Source: Obrimoposthia wandeli (lineage: Eukaryota). From it: a stretch of 64,000 nucleotides of DNA. Numbering within the stretch: position 1 is the stretch's first letter; each line of letters begins with the position of its first letter. A model generated the notes under the pieces. That model worked only from the letters and a program-made list of their open reading frames with translations. It was not told the DNA's origin and did no database searches. The stretch spans positions 496,001 to 560,000 of the forward strand of contig CDROCS010000372.1 in NCBI GenBank assembly GCA_977020255.1, written 5' to 3'. A program made the translations under genes and the position numbers. Below are positions 1-10,381 of this stretch, one piece after another.

Positions 1-93
1 ACTAAAAATTCCAACTGTGACTTTAAAACTGAAAACTGTTACTTTGGCTACTACTATAAATTGTAACTGCAAACTAAAAAACAACAACCAAAA

Positions 94-1518
94 TCAACAA
101 TCTACAATTCTAACATTTACAGCTAAACCTCCTTCAGAAGTTTCTTTATAGTTTTTATTCATGTCTTTTGCGGTTTCCCACATGGTATCAATTACTTTAT
201 CTAAAGGAACTTTTACATCTTTTGGGTCTGTTTCTAATGCCATTTCTGCAGCATTAATCGCTTTTATAGCACCCATTGCATTTCTTTCTATACAGGGTAT
301 TTGTACTAAACCACCAATTGGGTCGCAGGTTAAACCTAAATGATGCTCCATGGCAATTTCCGCTGCAACCAAACATTGTGCTGCTGTTCCGCCTAATAAT
401 TCTGTTAATGCTGCTGCAGCCATTGCAGAAGAAACGCCTATTTCTGCCTGACAACCTCCCATTGCTGCAGAAATTGTAGCATTTTTCTTAAAAATACTGC
501 CAATTTCACCTGCAACTAATAAGAATTTTTTAATTTCCTTAAAATCTGCTTCATGATTTTCTATCACTAAATAATACATTAAAACTGCCGGAATCACACC
601 CGCACTTCCGTTTGTTGGCGCGGTGACAACTCTACCTAAAGCTGCGTTTACTTCGTTTACAGAAAGCGCAAAACAACTTACCCATTTTAAAATTTCTCTA
701 AATTTAACTTCTGTACTTCTTATAGCAGTTAACCATTCTTTAGGATTGGAATAAACAGAATCTTTAATTAATTTCTCATTAATTCCGAAAGCTCTACGTT
801 TTACATTTAAACCTCCAGGAAGTTTTCCTTCTGTATGACAACCAATGTACATACACTCTAACATGGTGTCCCAAATTCTATGCAATTCGAAATCTATTTC
901 TTTGGATGAACGAAGTTCTAACTCGTTTTTTAGAACAATATCAGAAATCATTAAATTTTCTTTCTCGCAATATTCTTCTAATTGAATTGCTCTATTTACA
1001 GGAAAAGGGAAATTTTTCTTATTAATTTCAATTTCTTCTTCTAAATTATCATTTTCTTGTACAATAAAACCTCCTCCGATCGAGAAATAGGTTTGTTTAG
1101 AAATTTCTTCACCTTTAGAAAAACCAGTAAAAGTCATTCCATTTGCGTGAAAAGGTAAAAATTCTCTATTAAAAACAATTGAATCTTTAAAAAACGGAAT
1201 TGTTTTTCCTCCCTTAAAAATAATTTCTTCTTGTGTATTTATTCTATCAACAATTATAAAAACATCTTCAATTGGTATGTATTCTGGATCTGCTTCACTT
1301 AAACCTAATAAAATTGCCAAATCTGTTGCATGTCCTTTTCCAGTTAAAGAAAGAGAACCGTATAAATCAACTTGAACTTTATCAATCAAATCGAAATTTC
1401 CATTTTCTCTAATTTTAGAAATATACTCTTGTGCTGCTCGCCAAGGACCTAATGTATGTGAACTTGATGGACCAACACCAATCTTCAACATATCAAAAAC
1501 ACTAATAAATTGCGACAT
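94..1518 (-). CDS. sdaA: L-serine ammonia-lyase (Fe-S dependent, single chain)
   Basis: N-terminal ISVFDMLKIGVGPSSSHTLGP, APTNGSAG, GGCQAE and LTCDPIGGLVQIPCIERN motifs typical of SdaA. Confidence 0.95.
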   Translation of the reverse strand: MSQFISVFDMLKIGVGPSSSHTLGPWRAAQEYISKIRENGNFDLIDKVQVDLYGSLSLTGKGHATDLAILLGLSEADPEYIPIEDVFIIVDRINTQEEIIFKGGKTIPFFKDSIVFNREFLPFHANGMTFTGFSKGEEISKQTYFSIGGGFIVQENDNLEEEIEINKKNFPFPVNRAIQLEEYCEKENLMISDIVLKNELELRSSKEIDFELHRIWDTMLECMYIGCHTEGKLPGGLNVKRRAFGINEKLIKDSVYSNPKEWLTAIRSTEVKFREILKWVSCFALSVNEVNAALGRVVTAPTNGSAGVIPAVLMYYLVIENHEADFKEIKKFLLVAGEIGSIFKKNATISAAMGGCQAEIGVSSAMAAAALTELLGGTAAQCLVAAEIAMEHHLGLTCDPIGGLVQIPCIERNAMGAIKAINAAEMALETDPKDVKVPLDKVIDTMWETAKDMNKNYKETSEGGLAVNVRIVDC

Positions 1519-1552
1519 TCTTAAAATTGATTAAAATAATTGCCGTAAATGT

Positions 1553-1584
1553 AAAAAATCCAACTCAATTGAGTTGGATTTTTT
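1553..1584. terminator. Perfect 32-bp palindrome, likely intrinsic terminator
   Basis: AAAAAATCCAACTCAA/TTGAGTTGGATTTTTT just downstream of the 1607..1948 gene. Confidence 0.7.
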
Positions 1585-1606
1585 TATATTAATAAAAAGA
1601 TAAACT

Positions 1607-1948
1607 TTAGAATCCGTAAACAGCTTCTTTATCAAACTTCTTCATTAGCATATAGTAAACTACTGCTCTATATTTTTTTCTTTCAGATTTACCAATTCTT
1701 TCCATTACTTCCTCAATACCAGCATCTAATTCTTTACTATCTGTTAAACCTAATTTTTTGATTAAAAAGTTATTTTTAACAGTTGCTAATTCTTTAGCAT
1801 CAGAACCAGAAACAGTTTCTGCATCTGCTTTATAAATAGAAGGTCCTAAACCTTTTGTAACTGCAGCTAATAATTCTGAATTAGAACGTAGGTCTCTATC
1901 GTCCATAAATTTCTTGTATAAAGCTACTTTTTCGTCAAATTTACTCAT
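1607..1948 (-). CDS. DUF2853 family protein
   Basis: KGLGPSIY..DAETVS.SD..EL.TVK.NFLIKKLGL signature recognised. Confidence 0.8.
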   Translation of the reverse strand: MSKFDEKVALYKKFMDDRDLRSNSELLAAVTKGLGPSIYKADAETVSGSDAKELATVKNNFLIKKLGLTDSKELDAGIEEVMERIGKSERKKYRAVVYYMLMKKFDKEAVYGF

Positions 1949-2195
1949 TGTGTTTTGTTTAATTGTTAGTATAAGATTATGATTCTAAAAGAACTATCCA
2001 AATATATGAAAATAATTTAGGAAATCAAATATTGTTTTCTTTCTATACTTTAGATACAAAATATGTCAACATGTCACATTCATATTTCAAAAAATAAAAT
2101 AAAACTGACATTTTACAAGCAAAAAAGCGGTTGGCACACAGTTTGACTAATAGAAAATGTAAAATTGAATTAAAAAAATTATTAAAATAAATATT

Positions 2196-4091
2196 ATGAG
2201 TAAAATAATTGGAATTGATTTAGGTACAACAAACTCTTGTGTTTCTGTAATGGAAGGAAATGAGCCAGTTGTAATTCCTAACGCAGAAGGAAAAAGAACT
2301 ACACCATCTATTGTTGCCTTTGTTGAAGGAGGAGAACGTAAAATCGGTGACCCAGCTAAAAGACAAGCTGTAACAAACCCAACAAAAACTGTTTATTCTA
2401 TTAAACGTTTTATGGGTAACAAATTTTCTGAATCTACTAAAGAAGCTAAAAGAGTTCCTTATAAAGTAGTAAGAGGAGATAATGATACACCAAGAGTAGA
2501 TATTGATGGTCGTTTATATACGCCACAAGAAATTTCTGCAATGGTGTTACAGAAAATGAAAAAAACTGCTGAAGACTATTTAGGAACTGATGTTACTGAA
2601 GCAGTTATTACTGTACCAGCATATTTTAACGATGCACAAAGACAAGCTACAAAAGAAGCTGGTGAAATTGCAGGTTTACAAGTAAAAAGAATTATAAACG
2701 AGCCAACTGCTGCTGCATTAGCTTATGGATTAGACAAATCTCATGACGATAAAAAAATCGTTGTTTTTGATTTTGGTGGTGGAACACATGATGTTTCTAT
2801 CTTAGAATTAGGAGATGGTGTTTTTGAAGTATTAGCTACTGATGGAGATACGCATTTAGGTGGTGATGATGTTGATGAAAAAATAATTAACTGGTTAGCA
2901 GAAGAATTTAAATCTGACGAAGGAATTGATTTACGTGATGACCCAATGTCTTTACAACGTTTAAAAGAAGCTGCAGAAAAAGCGAAGATTGAATTATCTT
3001 CTTCTGCTTCAACAGAAATTAACTTACCATATGTTACTGCTACTGCTAGTGGACCAAAACACTTGGTAAGATCTTTAACTAGAGCTAAATTTGAGCAATT
3101 AATTGACGATTTAATTAAAAGAACAATAGAACCTTGTCAGACTGCATTAAAAAATGCTGATTTAACAATTGCTGATATTGATGAAGTTGTTTTAGTTGGT
3201 GGTTCTACAAGAATACCTGCTGTACAAGAAGCTGTTGAAAAATTCTTTAAAAAAGCACCAAGTAAAGGTGTAAACCCTGATGAAGTTGTTGCTTTAGGAG
3301 CTGCAATACAAGGTGGAGTTTTATCTGGAGATGTTAAAGATGTATTGTTATTAGACGTTACACCTTTATCTTTAGGAATTGAAACAATGGGGAATGTTTT
3401 CACAAAATTAATTGATGCAAACACAACGATTCCTACAAAAAAATCTCAAGTATTTTCTACAGCAGTAGACAATCAACCATCAGTAGAAATTCACGTTTTA
3501 CAAGGTGAAAGAGCAATGGCTGCAGATAATAATACAATTGGTCGTTTCCATTTAGATGGTTTACCTCCAGCACAAAGAGGTGTACCTCAAGTAGAAGTAA
3601 CTTTTGACATAGATGCAAATGGTATTATTAAAGTTTCTGCTTTAGACAAAGGAACAAACAAATCTCATGAAATTAGAATTGAAGCTTCTTCTGGTTTATC
3701 TGAAGATGATATCGCTAAAATGAGACAAGAAGCAGAAGAAAATGCTGATGCTGATAAAGCTGCAAAAGAAACTGCAGAAAAAATCAACGAAGCAGATTCT
3801 ATGATTTTTCAAACTGAAAAGCAATTAAAAGAATTTGGTGAAAAATTATCTGATGATAAAAAAGGACCAATTGAAGCTGCTTTAGTTGAATTAAAAGCTG
3901 CACATGAATCGAAAGATTTAACATTAATTGATACTGCTTTAGCTAGTATTAACGAAGCTTGGCAAGCTGCATCTGAAGAGATGGCTGCTCAACAAGGTGG
4001 TGCTGATGCTGGTGCACAACAAGGAGAACCTGAAGCTGCAGATGCTCAAGGAGACAATGTTGAAGATGTAGATTTCGAAGAAGTAAAGTAA
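2196..4091 (+). CDS. dnaK: Molecular chaperone DnaK (Hsp70)
   Basis: [16 protein letters not shown] and [11 protein letters not shown] Hsp70 motifs. Confidence 0.99.
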   Translation: MSKIIGIDLGTTNSCVSVMEGNEPVVIPNAEGKRTTPSIVAFVEGGERKIGDPAKRQAVTNPTKTVYSIKRFMGNKFSESTKEAKRVPYKVVRGDNDTPRVDIDGRLYTPQEISAMVLQKMKKTAEDYLGTDVTEAVITVPAYFNDAQRQATKEAGEIAGLQVKRIINEPTAAALAYGLDKSHDDKKIVVFDFGGGTHDVSILELGDGVFEVLATDGDTHLGGDDVDEKIINWLAEEFKSDEGIDLRDDPMSLQRLKEAAEKAKIELSSSASTEINLPYVTATASGPKHLVRSLTRAKFEQLIDDLIKRTIEPCQTALKNADLTIADIDEVVLVGGSTRIPAVQEAVEKFFKKAPSKGVNPDEVVALGAAIQGGVLSGDVKDVLLLDVTPLSLGIETMGNVFTKLIDANTTIPTKKSQVFSTAVDNQPSVEIHVLQGERAMAADNNTIGRFHLDGLPPAQRGVPQVEVTFDIDANGIIKVSALDKGTNKSHEIRIEASSGLSEDDIAKMRQEAEENADADKAAKETAEKINEADSMIFQTEKQLKEFGEKLSDDKKGPIEAALVELKAAHESKDLTLIDTALASINEAWQAASEEMAAQQGGADAGAQQGEPEAADAQGDNVEDVDFEEVK

Positions 4092-4266
4092 GCAGAGAAC
4101 AGAAATTCTATTAAGAATTTCTTGTGAATCGCTTATGCCTGTGAAAACAGGCATCTTTACAAAGTTCGTAATTGAACTTATCCAGTTGAAAAACGGGACC
4201 TCATAATAAGTTTTGAAACTTGATTTGGGATCTTCAAAAAGAAAAACAAATTTTATTAAAATAAGT

Positions 4267-4299
4267 AAAACGCAATCATTCATTTGGTTGCGTTTTTTT
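4267..4299 (+). terminator. Intrinsic terminator after dnaK
   Basis: AAAACGCAATCA...TGGTTGCGTTTT stem followed by a T run. Confidence 0.7.
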
Positions 4300-4326
4300 A
4301 TGTGCAATTATCCAGAAAGAATGACT

Positions 4327-4375
4327 GAAGCAATCTGTTATTTAAAAAAGAGATTGCTTCGTTCCTTGCAATGAC
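4327..4375. repeat. REP-like element, GTCATTGCGAG/AGATTGCTTCG family
   Basis: GAAGCAATCT...AGATTGCTTCGTTCCTTGCAATGAC; near-identical halves at 23889 and 24118. Confidence 0.75.
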
Positions 4376-4409
4376 GTTTTAATTATCTTTACAGAAAGTA
4401 ATAGTCATT

Positions 4410-4934
4410 TTGAAAACCTACAACCAAACCAATTTTTTTAAACATACTTTTTGTGAATTCAAGCAAATTGATAACTTTGAATTTCCAGAAAACACCAATT
4501 ATAAAAGTAAATCTGAAAGTTTATATTTTTACACAAAAGAAGGTGTTTATAGAAAATCGAATCATTGGGGACGTGTTGCATATTGCAGGTGGAGATTAAT
4601 TTCTGATGAGAATTACAAAAATCAACAAATAATTATTGGTTTTGCAAAATGGCAGGACTTCTACCCTATTAATTCGTCAGAAAAAATATTTTTTATAGCT
4701 ATTAATTTTGAAGAAAAAACAGCAACACTTCAACCTAAAAAAGAGATTTCTAAAAACTTTGCACTTACTTTTACTGAAGCACAGCATAAAATAAAACAAA
4801 TAGCACATTTATTTAAAGATGATAAATGGGCAAAACATTTTGATCTAGAAGCAGATGAACTGCGTTTTAAAGTTATTTCTGAATTTATAAATTCAGAGAA
4901 AACATTGCAAGAAATAAAGAGGGGTTTCAAATAA
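4410..4934 (+). CDS. Hypothetical protein (TTG start)
   Basis: 174-aa ORF with host-like codon use; YRKSNHWGRVAYCRW segment. Confidence 0.7.
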   Translation: MKTYNQTNFFKHTFCEFKQIDNFEFPENTNYKSKSESLYFYTKEGVYRKSNHWGRVAYCRWRLISDENYKNQQIIIGFAKWQDFYPINSSEKIFFIAINFEEKTATLQPKKEISKNFALTFTEAQHKIKQIAHLFKDDKWAKHFDLEADELRFKVISEFINSEKTLQEIKRGFK

Positions 4935-4952
4935 GAAATCATCTCTTTTCCG

Positions 4953-4960
4953 TAAATTTG
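4953..4960 (+). promoter_or_regulatory. Bacteroidetes -7 promoter element upstream of ndh
   Basis: TAAATTTG matches TAnnTTTG about 40 bp before the ATG. Confidence 0.55.
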
Positions 4961-5000
4961 TTATCTAAATTCTAATCATCTAACAATCCAAAAACCTAAT

Positions 5001-6287
5001 ATGAACATTCCACAAACTAGTTTTCCAAGAGTTGTAATTATTGGTGGTGGATTTGCAGGTTTAGCAGCTGCAAAAGGATTAGAAAAACAAGAATTACAAG
5101 TTGTTTTAATAGACAAACACAATTACCATACATTTCAACCTTTATTATACCAAGTTGCAACCGGCGGTTTAGAACCAGATTCTATTGCATTTCCTTTAAG
5201 AAAGCGTTTTAATGATGTAGATAATTTTTACTTTAGACTTGCTGAAGTAAATAAAATCAATCCTGATAAAAATACGATTGAAACGACTATAGGAACATTA
5301 GATTATGATCAATTAATAGTTGCAACAGGTTCTACAACTAATTTTTTTGGTAATACAAATATCAAAAAACATACGATGGAAATGAAATCCATTCCGCAAT
5401 CTTTAAACATTAGAAGTTTAATTTTAGAAAATTTTGAAGAAGCTTTATTAACATCAAACATTGAAGAAAGAAATGCTTTAATGAATTTTGTAATTGTTGG
5501 TGGTGGACCAACAGGAGTTGAATTAGCTGGAGCTTTGGCAGAAATGAAAAAAGGAATTCTACCAAAAGATTACCCGGATCTAGACATTCGTCAAATGCAG
5601 ATTAACTTAATACAAAGTTCTGAATGTATTTTAAAAGGAATGAGTGCAAAAGCATCTGAAAAAGCCGAAGATTTTCTAATTAAACTAGGCGTTAATGTTT
5701 GGAAAAATTTACGTGTTTTAGATTATGATGGCAAAACAGTAACTACAAATGGGGAAGACCATTTTAAAGCTGAAACTGTTATTTGGGCTGCAGGAGTAAA
5801 AGGACAAATGATTGATGGTTTAACTAAAGAATGCGTTATTGAAAGAGCTGCAAGAATTAAAGTTGATGAATTTAGTCAAGTTTTAAACCATTCAAACATC
5901 TATGCAATTGGTGATGTTGCTTGTATGTCTTCAGAGAAAAATCCTTATGGTCATCCAATGATGGCACAACCTGCAATTCAACAAGGAAAATTAGCAGCCA
6001 AAAACATTTTAGCAAAATTATTCAATAAAAAAACAAAGCCTTTTATTTATAATGATAAAGGTTCTATGGCAACAATTGGTAGAAATAAAGCTGTTGTAGA
6101 TTTACCAAAATGGAAATTTCAAGGAGTTTTTGCTTGGTTTGTTTGGATGTTTGTACACCTGTTTTCTTTAATCGGTTTTAGAAACAAAGCCATTGTTTTT
6201 CTAAATTGGGTCTATAATTATATTCGTTTTGATAGAGAAACACGTTTGATAATTCGTCCTTATAAAAACAAAAAAAAAGTTTCGTAA
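5001..6287 (+). CDS. ndh: Type II NADH dehydrogenase (FAD-dependent oxidoreductase)
   Basis: VVIIGGGFAG, FQPLLYQVATG, VVGGGPTGVELAG and YAIGD motifs. Confidence 0.9.
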   Translation: MNIPQTSFPRVVIIGGGFAGLAAAKGLEKQELQVVLIDKHNYHTFQPLLYQVATGGLEPDSIAFPLRKRFNDVDNFYFRLAEVNKINPDKNTIETTIGTLDYDQLIVATGSTTNFFGNTNIKKHTMEMKSIPQSLNIRSLILENFEEALLTSNIEERNALMNFVIVGGGPTGVELAGALAEMKKGILPKDYPDLDIRQMQINLIQSSECILKGMSAKASEKAEDFLIKLGVNVWKNLRVLDYDGKTVTTNGEDHFKAETVIWAAGVKGQMIDGLTKECVIERAARIKVDEFSQVLNHSNIYAIGDVACMSSEKNPYGHPMMAQPAIQQGKLAAKNILAKLFNKKTKPFIYNDKGSMATIGRNKAVVDLPKWKFQGVFAWFVWMFVHLFSLIGFRNKAIVFLNWVYNYIRFDRETRLIIRPYKNKKKVS

Positions 6288-6596
6288 ATGAGTAATACAA
6301 GAATCATAAAATGTTCTAATTGTGGTGTTTTTAACACCAATAAAGAATATTGTGAAAATTGTAATACCTTAATTTCTGATGCAAAAAAAAGAGAACTAAA
6401 GATTGCTGAAGTAAAACAAAAAGAAGTTGACAAAGTAATTCACGAGTTAAAGAATCCTAATTTTGCTGAACGTCTAAAAAAGCATCCTTTTTTCTTATAT
6501 AAAATTATTGGTTGGGTTTTATATTCTGCAATTATGATTGTTACAACAATTGGTGCAGGTTTAGCTTGGTTTATTGCAATGGTTGCAGCAGGTTAA
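6288..6596 (+). CDS. Hypothetical membrane protein with N-terminal CxxC/CxxC zinc ribbon
   Basis: CSNC...CENC and a C-terminal hydrophobic helix; ATG directly follows the ndh stop. Confidence 0.75.
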   Translation: MSNTRIIKCSNCGVFNTNKEYCENCNTLISDAKKRELKIAEVKQKEVDKVIHELKNPNFAERLKKHPFFLYKIIGWVLYSAIMIVTTIGAGLAWFIAMVAAG

Positions 6597-6597
6597 C

Positions 6598-6951
6598 ATG
6601 AAAAAAACGCTGTTTTATTACTTTTTATTGTCTTTATTTACAGGAACATTAATTTATTATTTGCAATATTTCTCGGTTCCATTACCAAGAATTATTCGTT
6701 TTTATTTTAATGATTTTTTTATAATTCCTATTGTTCTTTATATCTGTTTACAAGTTTTAAAACGGACTAAAAACAATAAAGACTATTCATTAAGCTTACC
6801 CATAATTTTATACTTATGCTTTTTATATAGCTTATTATTCGAATTTATATTTCCAAAATATATAGCAAGATATACCAAAGACTTTGTTGATGTTATTGTT
6901 TATTTTGCAAGCGGATTTGTATTCTATTATCTTCAAAAAACTAAAAAATGA
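6598..6951 (+). CDS. Hypothetical membrane protein
   Basis: Several hydrophobic helices; ATG at 6598 preferred over the ORF-track start at 6574, which overlaps the upstream gene. Confidence 0.7.
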   Translation: MKKTLFYYFLLSLFTGTLIYYLQYFSVPLPRIIRFYFNDFFIIPIVLYICLQVLKRTKNNKDYSLSLPIILYLCFLYSLLFEFIFPKYIARYTKDFVDVIVYFASGFVFYYLQKTKK

Positions 6952-7865
6952 ATTCTATTAAAATTGCTAAAGAAAATATTGCACGTTTAAATACTGCAAT
7001 TACTTTTATTGAAGCAAATTTATCAGAAAAACTGTCTCTAGAAGTTATTGCGGAAAAAGCATACTTCTCTCCTTTTCATTTTCATAGATTGTTTAAAATT
7101 GTTGTTGGAGAAACGGTACATAATTTTATCAATAGAAAAAGAATTGAAAAATCTGCAGCATATTTATTACATCAAAATGAAATAAATACCACAGAAATTG
7201 CATTTAAAGTAGGTTTTAGTTCTTTATCAGCTTTCTCAAAATCTTTTAAAAAATTCTACGGAATGTCTCCTAGTAAATTCAAAAAAGAAAGTCCAGAAAA
7301 ATATAGCAAGATTAGCAAAACTGAAAGCAAGAATGGAAAAGTATCGGTTACATTTGAACAATATATTTGCAATATTAATAACGCTTTAAAATGGTTACAA
7401 ATGAATGCAAAAACAGAAATTAAAAAAGTTCCTAGATTAGATTTAGCTACTATTTCTCATAAAGGAAAAATGGACGCAATTGGCAGTATTTATAATAAAT
7501 TAGTAAAATGGGCAACTCCAAAAGGTTTGATTAATGATCAAACAAGAATGGTTACCATTTATCATGACAGTCCTAAAATTACAGATCCAAATAATTTAAG
7601 AATGAGCGCTTGTATTGTTCTAAATGATCCTATTGAACTTGATGGTGAAGTAAATTTAAGAATTTTAAGTCCTACAAAATGTATTGTTTCTAGATTAGAA
7701 ATTACTCCTTTTGAGTTTCAAAAAGCATGGGAATCTTCTTTTGCTTTTATGGTTGAAAACGGGTGCAAAAAATCTGAAATTGATCCTTTTGAAATTTATT
7801 ACAATAATGCAGAAGAACATCCAGAAAATAAATTTATTGTTGATTTATGTATTCCTATTTTGTAA
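6948..7865 (+). CDS. AraC family regulator with C-terminal GyrI-like small-molecule binding domain
   Basis: FSPFHFHRLFK..VGET and VGFSSLSAFSKSFKK AraC HTHs; YHDSPKIT...SAC and PFEIYYN GyrI-like motifs. Confidence 0.9.
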   Translation: MNSIKIAKENIARLNTAITFIEANLSEKLSLEVIAEKAYFSPFHFHRLFKIVVGETVHNFINRKRIEKSAAYLLHQNEINTTEIAFKVGFSSLSAFSKSFKKFYGMSPSKFKKESPEKYSKISKTESKNGKVSVTFEQYICNINNALKWLQMNAKTEIKKVPRLDLATISHKGKMDAIGSIYNKLVKWATPKGLINDQTRMVTIYHDSPKITDPNNLRMSACIVLNDPIELDGEVNLRILSPTKCIVSRLEITPFEFQKAWESSFAFMVENGCKKSEIDPFEIYYNNAEEHPENKFIVDLCIPIL

Positions 7866-7880
7866 AAACTTAACATTACT

Positions 7881-7938
7881 TGTCCGTTCGAGCGCAGTCG
7901 AGAACTCAATTAAGGTCTCGACTGCGCTCGACCAGACA
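7881..7938. repeat. REP-like hairpin (TCGAGCGCAGTCGAGA family)
   Basis: TGTC..TCGAGCGCAGTCGAGA-N12-TCTCGACTGCGCTCGA..GACA inverted repeat. Confidence 0.8.
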
Positions 7939-7984
7939 TAATTATTTTATCAATACCATTTATATTATTCCTAAAGTTTTTATG

Positions 7985-8055
7985 ACAATTGAGATATTAA
8001 AATCAACAACTCGGTATTTGTTTTTATTTTAAAATTGAATAACGCTACATCTTTG
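7985..8055 (+). promoter_or_regulatory. LytTR-type direct repeats plus weak -7 box (TonB receptor promoter)
   Basis: ACAATTGAG at 7985 and ACAACTCGG at 8006 (21-bp period); CATCTTTG with TTTG at 8052. Confidence 0.6.
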
Positions 8056-8077
8056 TATCATCAAAAAACAAACACAG

Positions 8078-10252
8078 ATGAAACGCATACTATTTATTCT
8101 ATTTACAATTTGTCAATTTTCATTAATTGCACAAACCACCATTTCTGGTAAAGTTACAGACTCAAAAAACAATCCTATATTTGGAGCAAATGTATATTTA
8201 GATGGAACTTACGATGGAAGTTCTACAAACGAAAAAGGAGAATTCTCTTTTAAAACTCAAGAAATTGGGTCACAAACTTTGGTGATTTCTTATGTTTCTT
8301 TTGAAACTTTCATAAAAACTGCCAATGTTTCATCTTTCAATAATTTAAAAATAAAATTAAGAGACGATGTAAACTCTTTAGATGCTGTAATTATAAACGC
8401 TGGTACTTTTAAGGCTGGTGAAAAAGCAAAAGTTACCGTTTTAAAACCTTTAGACATTGTAACAACAGCAAGTGCAGTTGGTGATGTTTTAGGTGCTTTG
8501 CAAACTTTACCAGGAACGTCTGCTGTTGCAGAAGATGGACGTCTTTTCGTAAGAGGTGGAAGTGCAGATGAAACAAAAATCTTTATTGATGGTGTTCGTG
8601 TTTTTACTCCTTATAGCCCAACTCCAAACAATGCTCCAACTCGTGGACGATATTCACCTTTTTTATTCAAAGGAATTTCATTTTCTACAGGTGGTTATTC
8701 TGCAGAATATGGACAAGCATTATCTGGTGTATTAGATTTAACAACCATTGATAAACCAGATCAAGAGAAAACAGAAATCTCTTTAATGACATTAGGAGTT
8801 GGTCTTGGAAACACACAAATTTGGAATAAAAATTCATTAAGCGTAAAAGCGTCATACATAAATCTAGGTCCTTACACAGAAGCTTTTACAGACAGAAATA
8901 CTTGGTTAAGTCCTTATCAAGCAAGTAGTGGCGAAATGGTTTACAGACACAGTTTTAAAGATGATTCTATGCTAAAAATCTATGGCGCTTTCAGTTATAC
9001 AGATTTAGAAGTGATACAAGATGATATAAATTTTGCTGATGGTTTTCGTTTCGGATTAAACAATAGAAACCTTTATCTAAATAGTTCTTACAAAAATAAA
9101 ATTGGTAATAATTGGCGAATTGAAAGTGGTTTGAGTTTTACCAATGACAATTCAGAAGTTAAAATAATTGATGATAAAATTGATAATAATGAAAACTCTG
9201 CACATTTTAAAATAAAATTGAAAAAGCAATTTACAAGCAGATTTAGAGTAAGTTTTGGTTCTGAATATTTTATCACAAAGTTTGATGAAACTTACAAACC
9301 AATCAATAATCAATCTTTCAATTACGGATTTAAAAATAACCTATTTGCATCCTTTGTAGAAACAGACATCTTTTTCTCTAAAAATTTAGCAACAAAAATA
9401 GGAATTAGAGCAGAACATTCAGATTTGTTAAATGAGTTTACAATTTCTCCAAGGTTATCTTTATCATATAAAACTAACAAAAACTCCCAGGTTTCATTGG
9501 CTTATGGTCAGTTTTATCAAAACCCAAGCAACAATTATTTAAAGTTCAATCAAGATTTTAAAGCTGAAAATGCATCACATTTAATTGCCAATTATCAACA
9601 TACCAAAAAAGATCAGATCTTCAGAATTGAAGCCTATTATAAAGATTATAGAGATTTGGTAAAGTTCGATACACAAATGGCAAATTTTAATTCTAACTAC
9701 TCAAATGATGGAAGTGCGTATGCAAAAGGAATCGATATTTTTTGGAGACAAAATGGTAAAATAAAAAACACAGATTATTGGGTTTCGTATTCGTATTTAG
9801 ACACCCAAAGAGATTTTAGAAATTACACAAAAACTGCAACTCCCAATTTTGCATCAACGCACAATTTATCTGTTGTTGGTAAACATTGGATTCAGAGCTT
9901 AAAAAGTCAAGTTGGTTTTGCATACAATTTTGCATCAGGCAGAACCTATACAAACCCAAATGAACCTGGCTTTATAAAAGGTGAGACAATACTAAATGAT
10001 AAAACAAAAAATTATAACTCTGTTAGTTTAAATTGGGCGTATTTAATCGATCAACAAAAAATATTATATTTTTCTGTAAACAATGTTTTAGGCACAAAAA
10101 ATGTGTTTGGCTACAATTACAAAAACACTCCAGAATCTAATAAAAAATTCGATAGACAAGCAAGAGTTCCCAACGCAGACAGTTTCTTTTTTGTAGGTTT
10201 CTTCTGGACAATTAGCGACGACAAAAAATCTAACAACTTAAATAATTTATAA
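8078..10252 (+). CDS. TonB-dependent receptor with carboxypeptidase-like regulatory N-domain
   Basis: Signal peptide; ISGKVTD..NPIFGANV N-domain, LQTLPG...LFVRGG..DET.IFIDG plug, beta-barrel-like body. Confidence 0.9.
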   Translation: MKRILFILFTICQFSLIAQTTISGKVTDSKNNPIFGANVYLDGTYDGSSTNEKGEFSFKTQEIGSQTLVISYVSFETFIKTANVSSFNNLKIKLRDDVNSLDAVIINAGTFKAGEKAKVTVLKPLDIVTTASAVGDVLGALQTLPGTSAVAEDGRLFVRGGSADETKIFIDGVRVFTPYSPTPNNAPTRGRYSPFLFKGISFSTGGYSAEYGQALSGVLDLTTIDKPDQEKTEISLMTLGVGLGNTQIWNKNSLSVKASYINLGPYTEAFTDRNTWLSPYQASSGEMVYRHSFKDDSMLKIYGAFSYTDLEVIQDDINFADGFRFGLNNRNLYLNSSYKNKIGNNWRIESGLSFTNDNSEVKIIDDKIDNNENSAHFKIKLKKQFTSRFRVSFGSEYFITKFDETYKPINNQSFNYGFKNNLFASFVETDIFFSKNLATKIGIRAEHSDLLNEFTISPRLSLSYKTNKNSQVSLAYGQFYQNPSNNYLKFNQDFKAENASHLIANYQHTKKDQIFRIEAYYKDYRDLVKFDTQMANFNSNYSNDGSAYAKGIDIFWRQNGKIKNTDYWVSYSYLDTQRDFRNYTKTATPNFASTHNLSVVGKHWIQSLKSQVGFAYNFASGRTYTNPNEPGFIKGETILNDKTKNYNSVSLNWAYLIDQQKILYFSVNNVLGTKNVFGYNYKNTPESNKKFDRQARVPNADSFFFVGFFWTISDDKKSNNLNNL

Positions 10253-10260
10253 TTTTTTTA

Positions 10261-10363
10261 GAAGCTATTTCCAGCTTTCCATTATATCTTTTTTCTGAAA
10301 AAGAAAAAAGGTTAAAAATATCAGCAGATATTTGAACGGTTTCAATCTGGGCTAAACTTGTTT
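10261..10363. repeat. MITE/REP-like element (GAAGCTATTTCCAGCTTTC...CAATCTGGGCTAAACTTGTTT), no inner insert
   Basis: Ends match the reverse complement of the element at 23922..24055. Confidence 0.75.
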
Positions 10364-10381
10364 AAAAGCTAGTTTAATAAT

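Noticed and set aside
161-479. Short ORFs overlapping sdaA (161..343, 254..454, 276..479) and the many similar shadow ORFs inside other genes
   Set aside because: Antisense or alternative frames fully inside well-supported genes, with no recognisable motifs
3939-4307. 122-aa minus-strand ORF over the dnaK 3' end
   Set aside because: Overlaps dnaK antisense and spans hairpins and the terminator; no protein features
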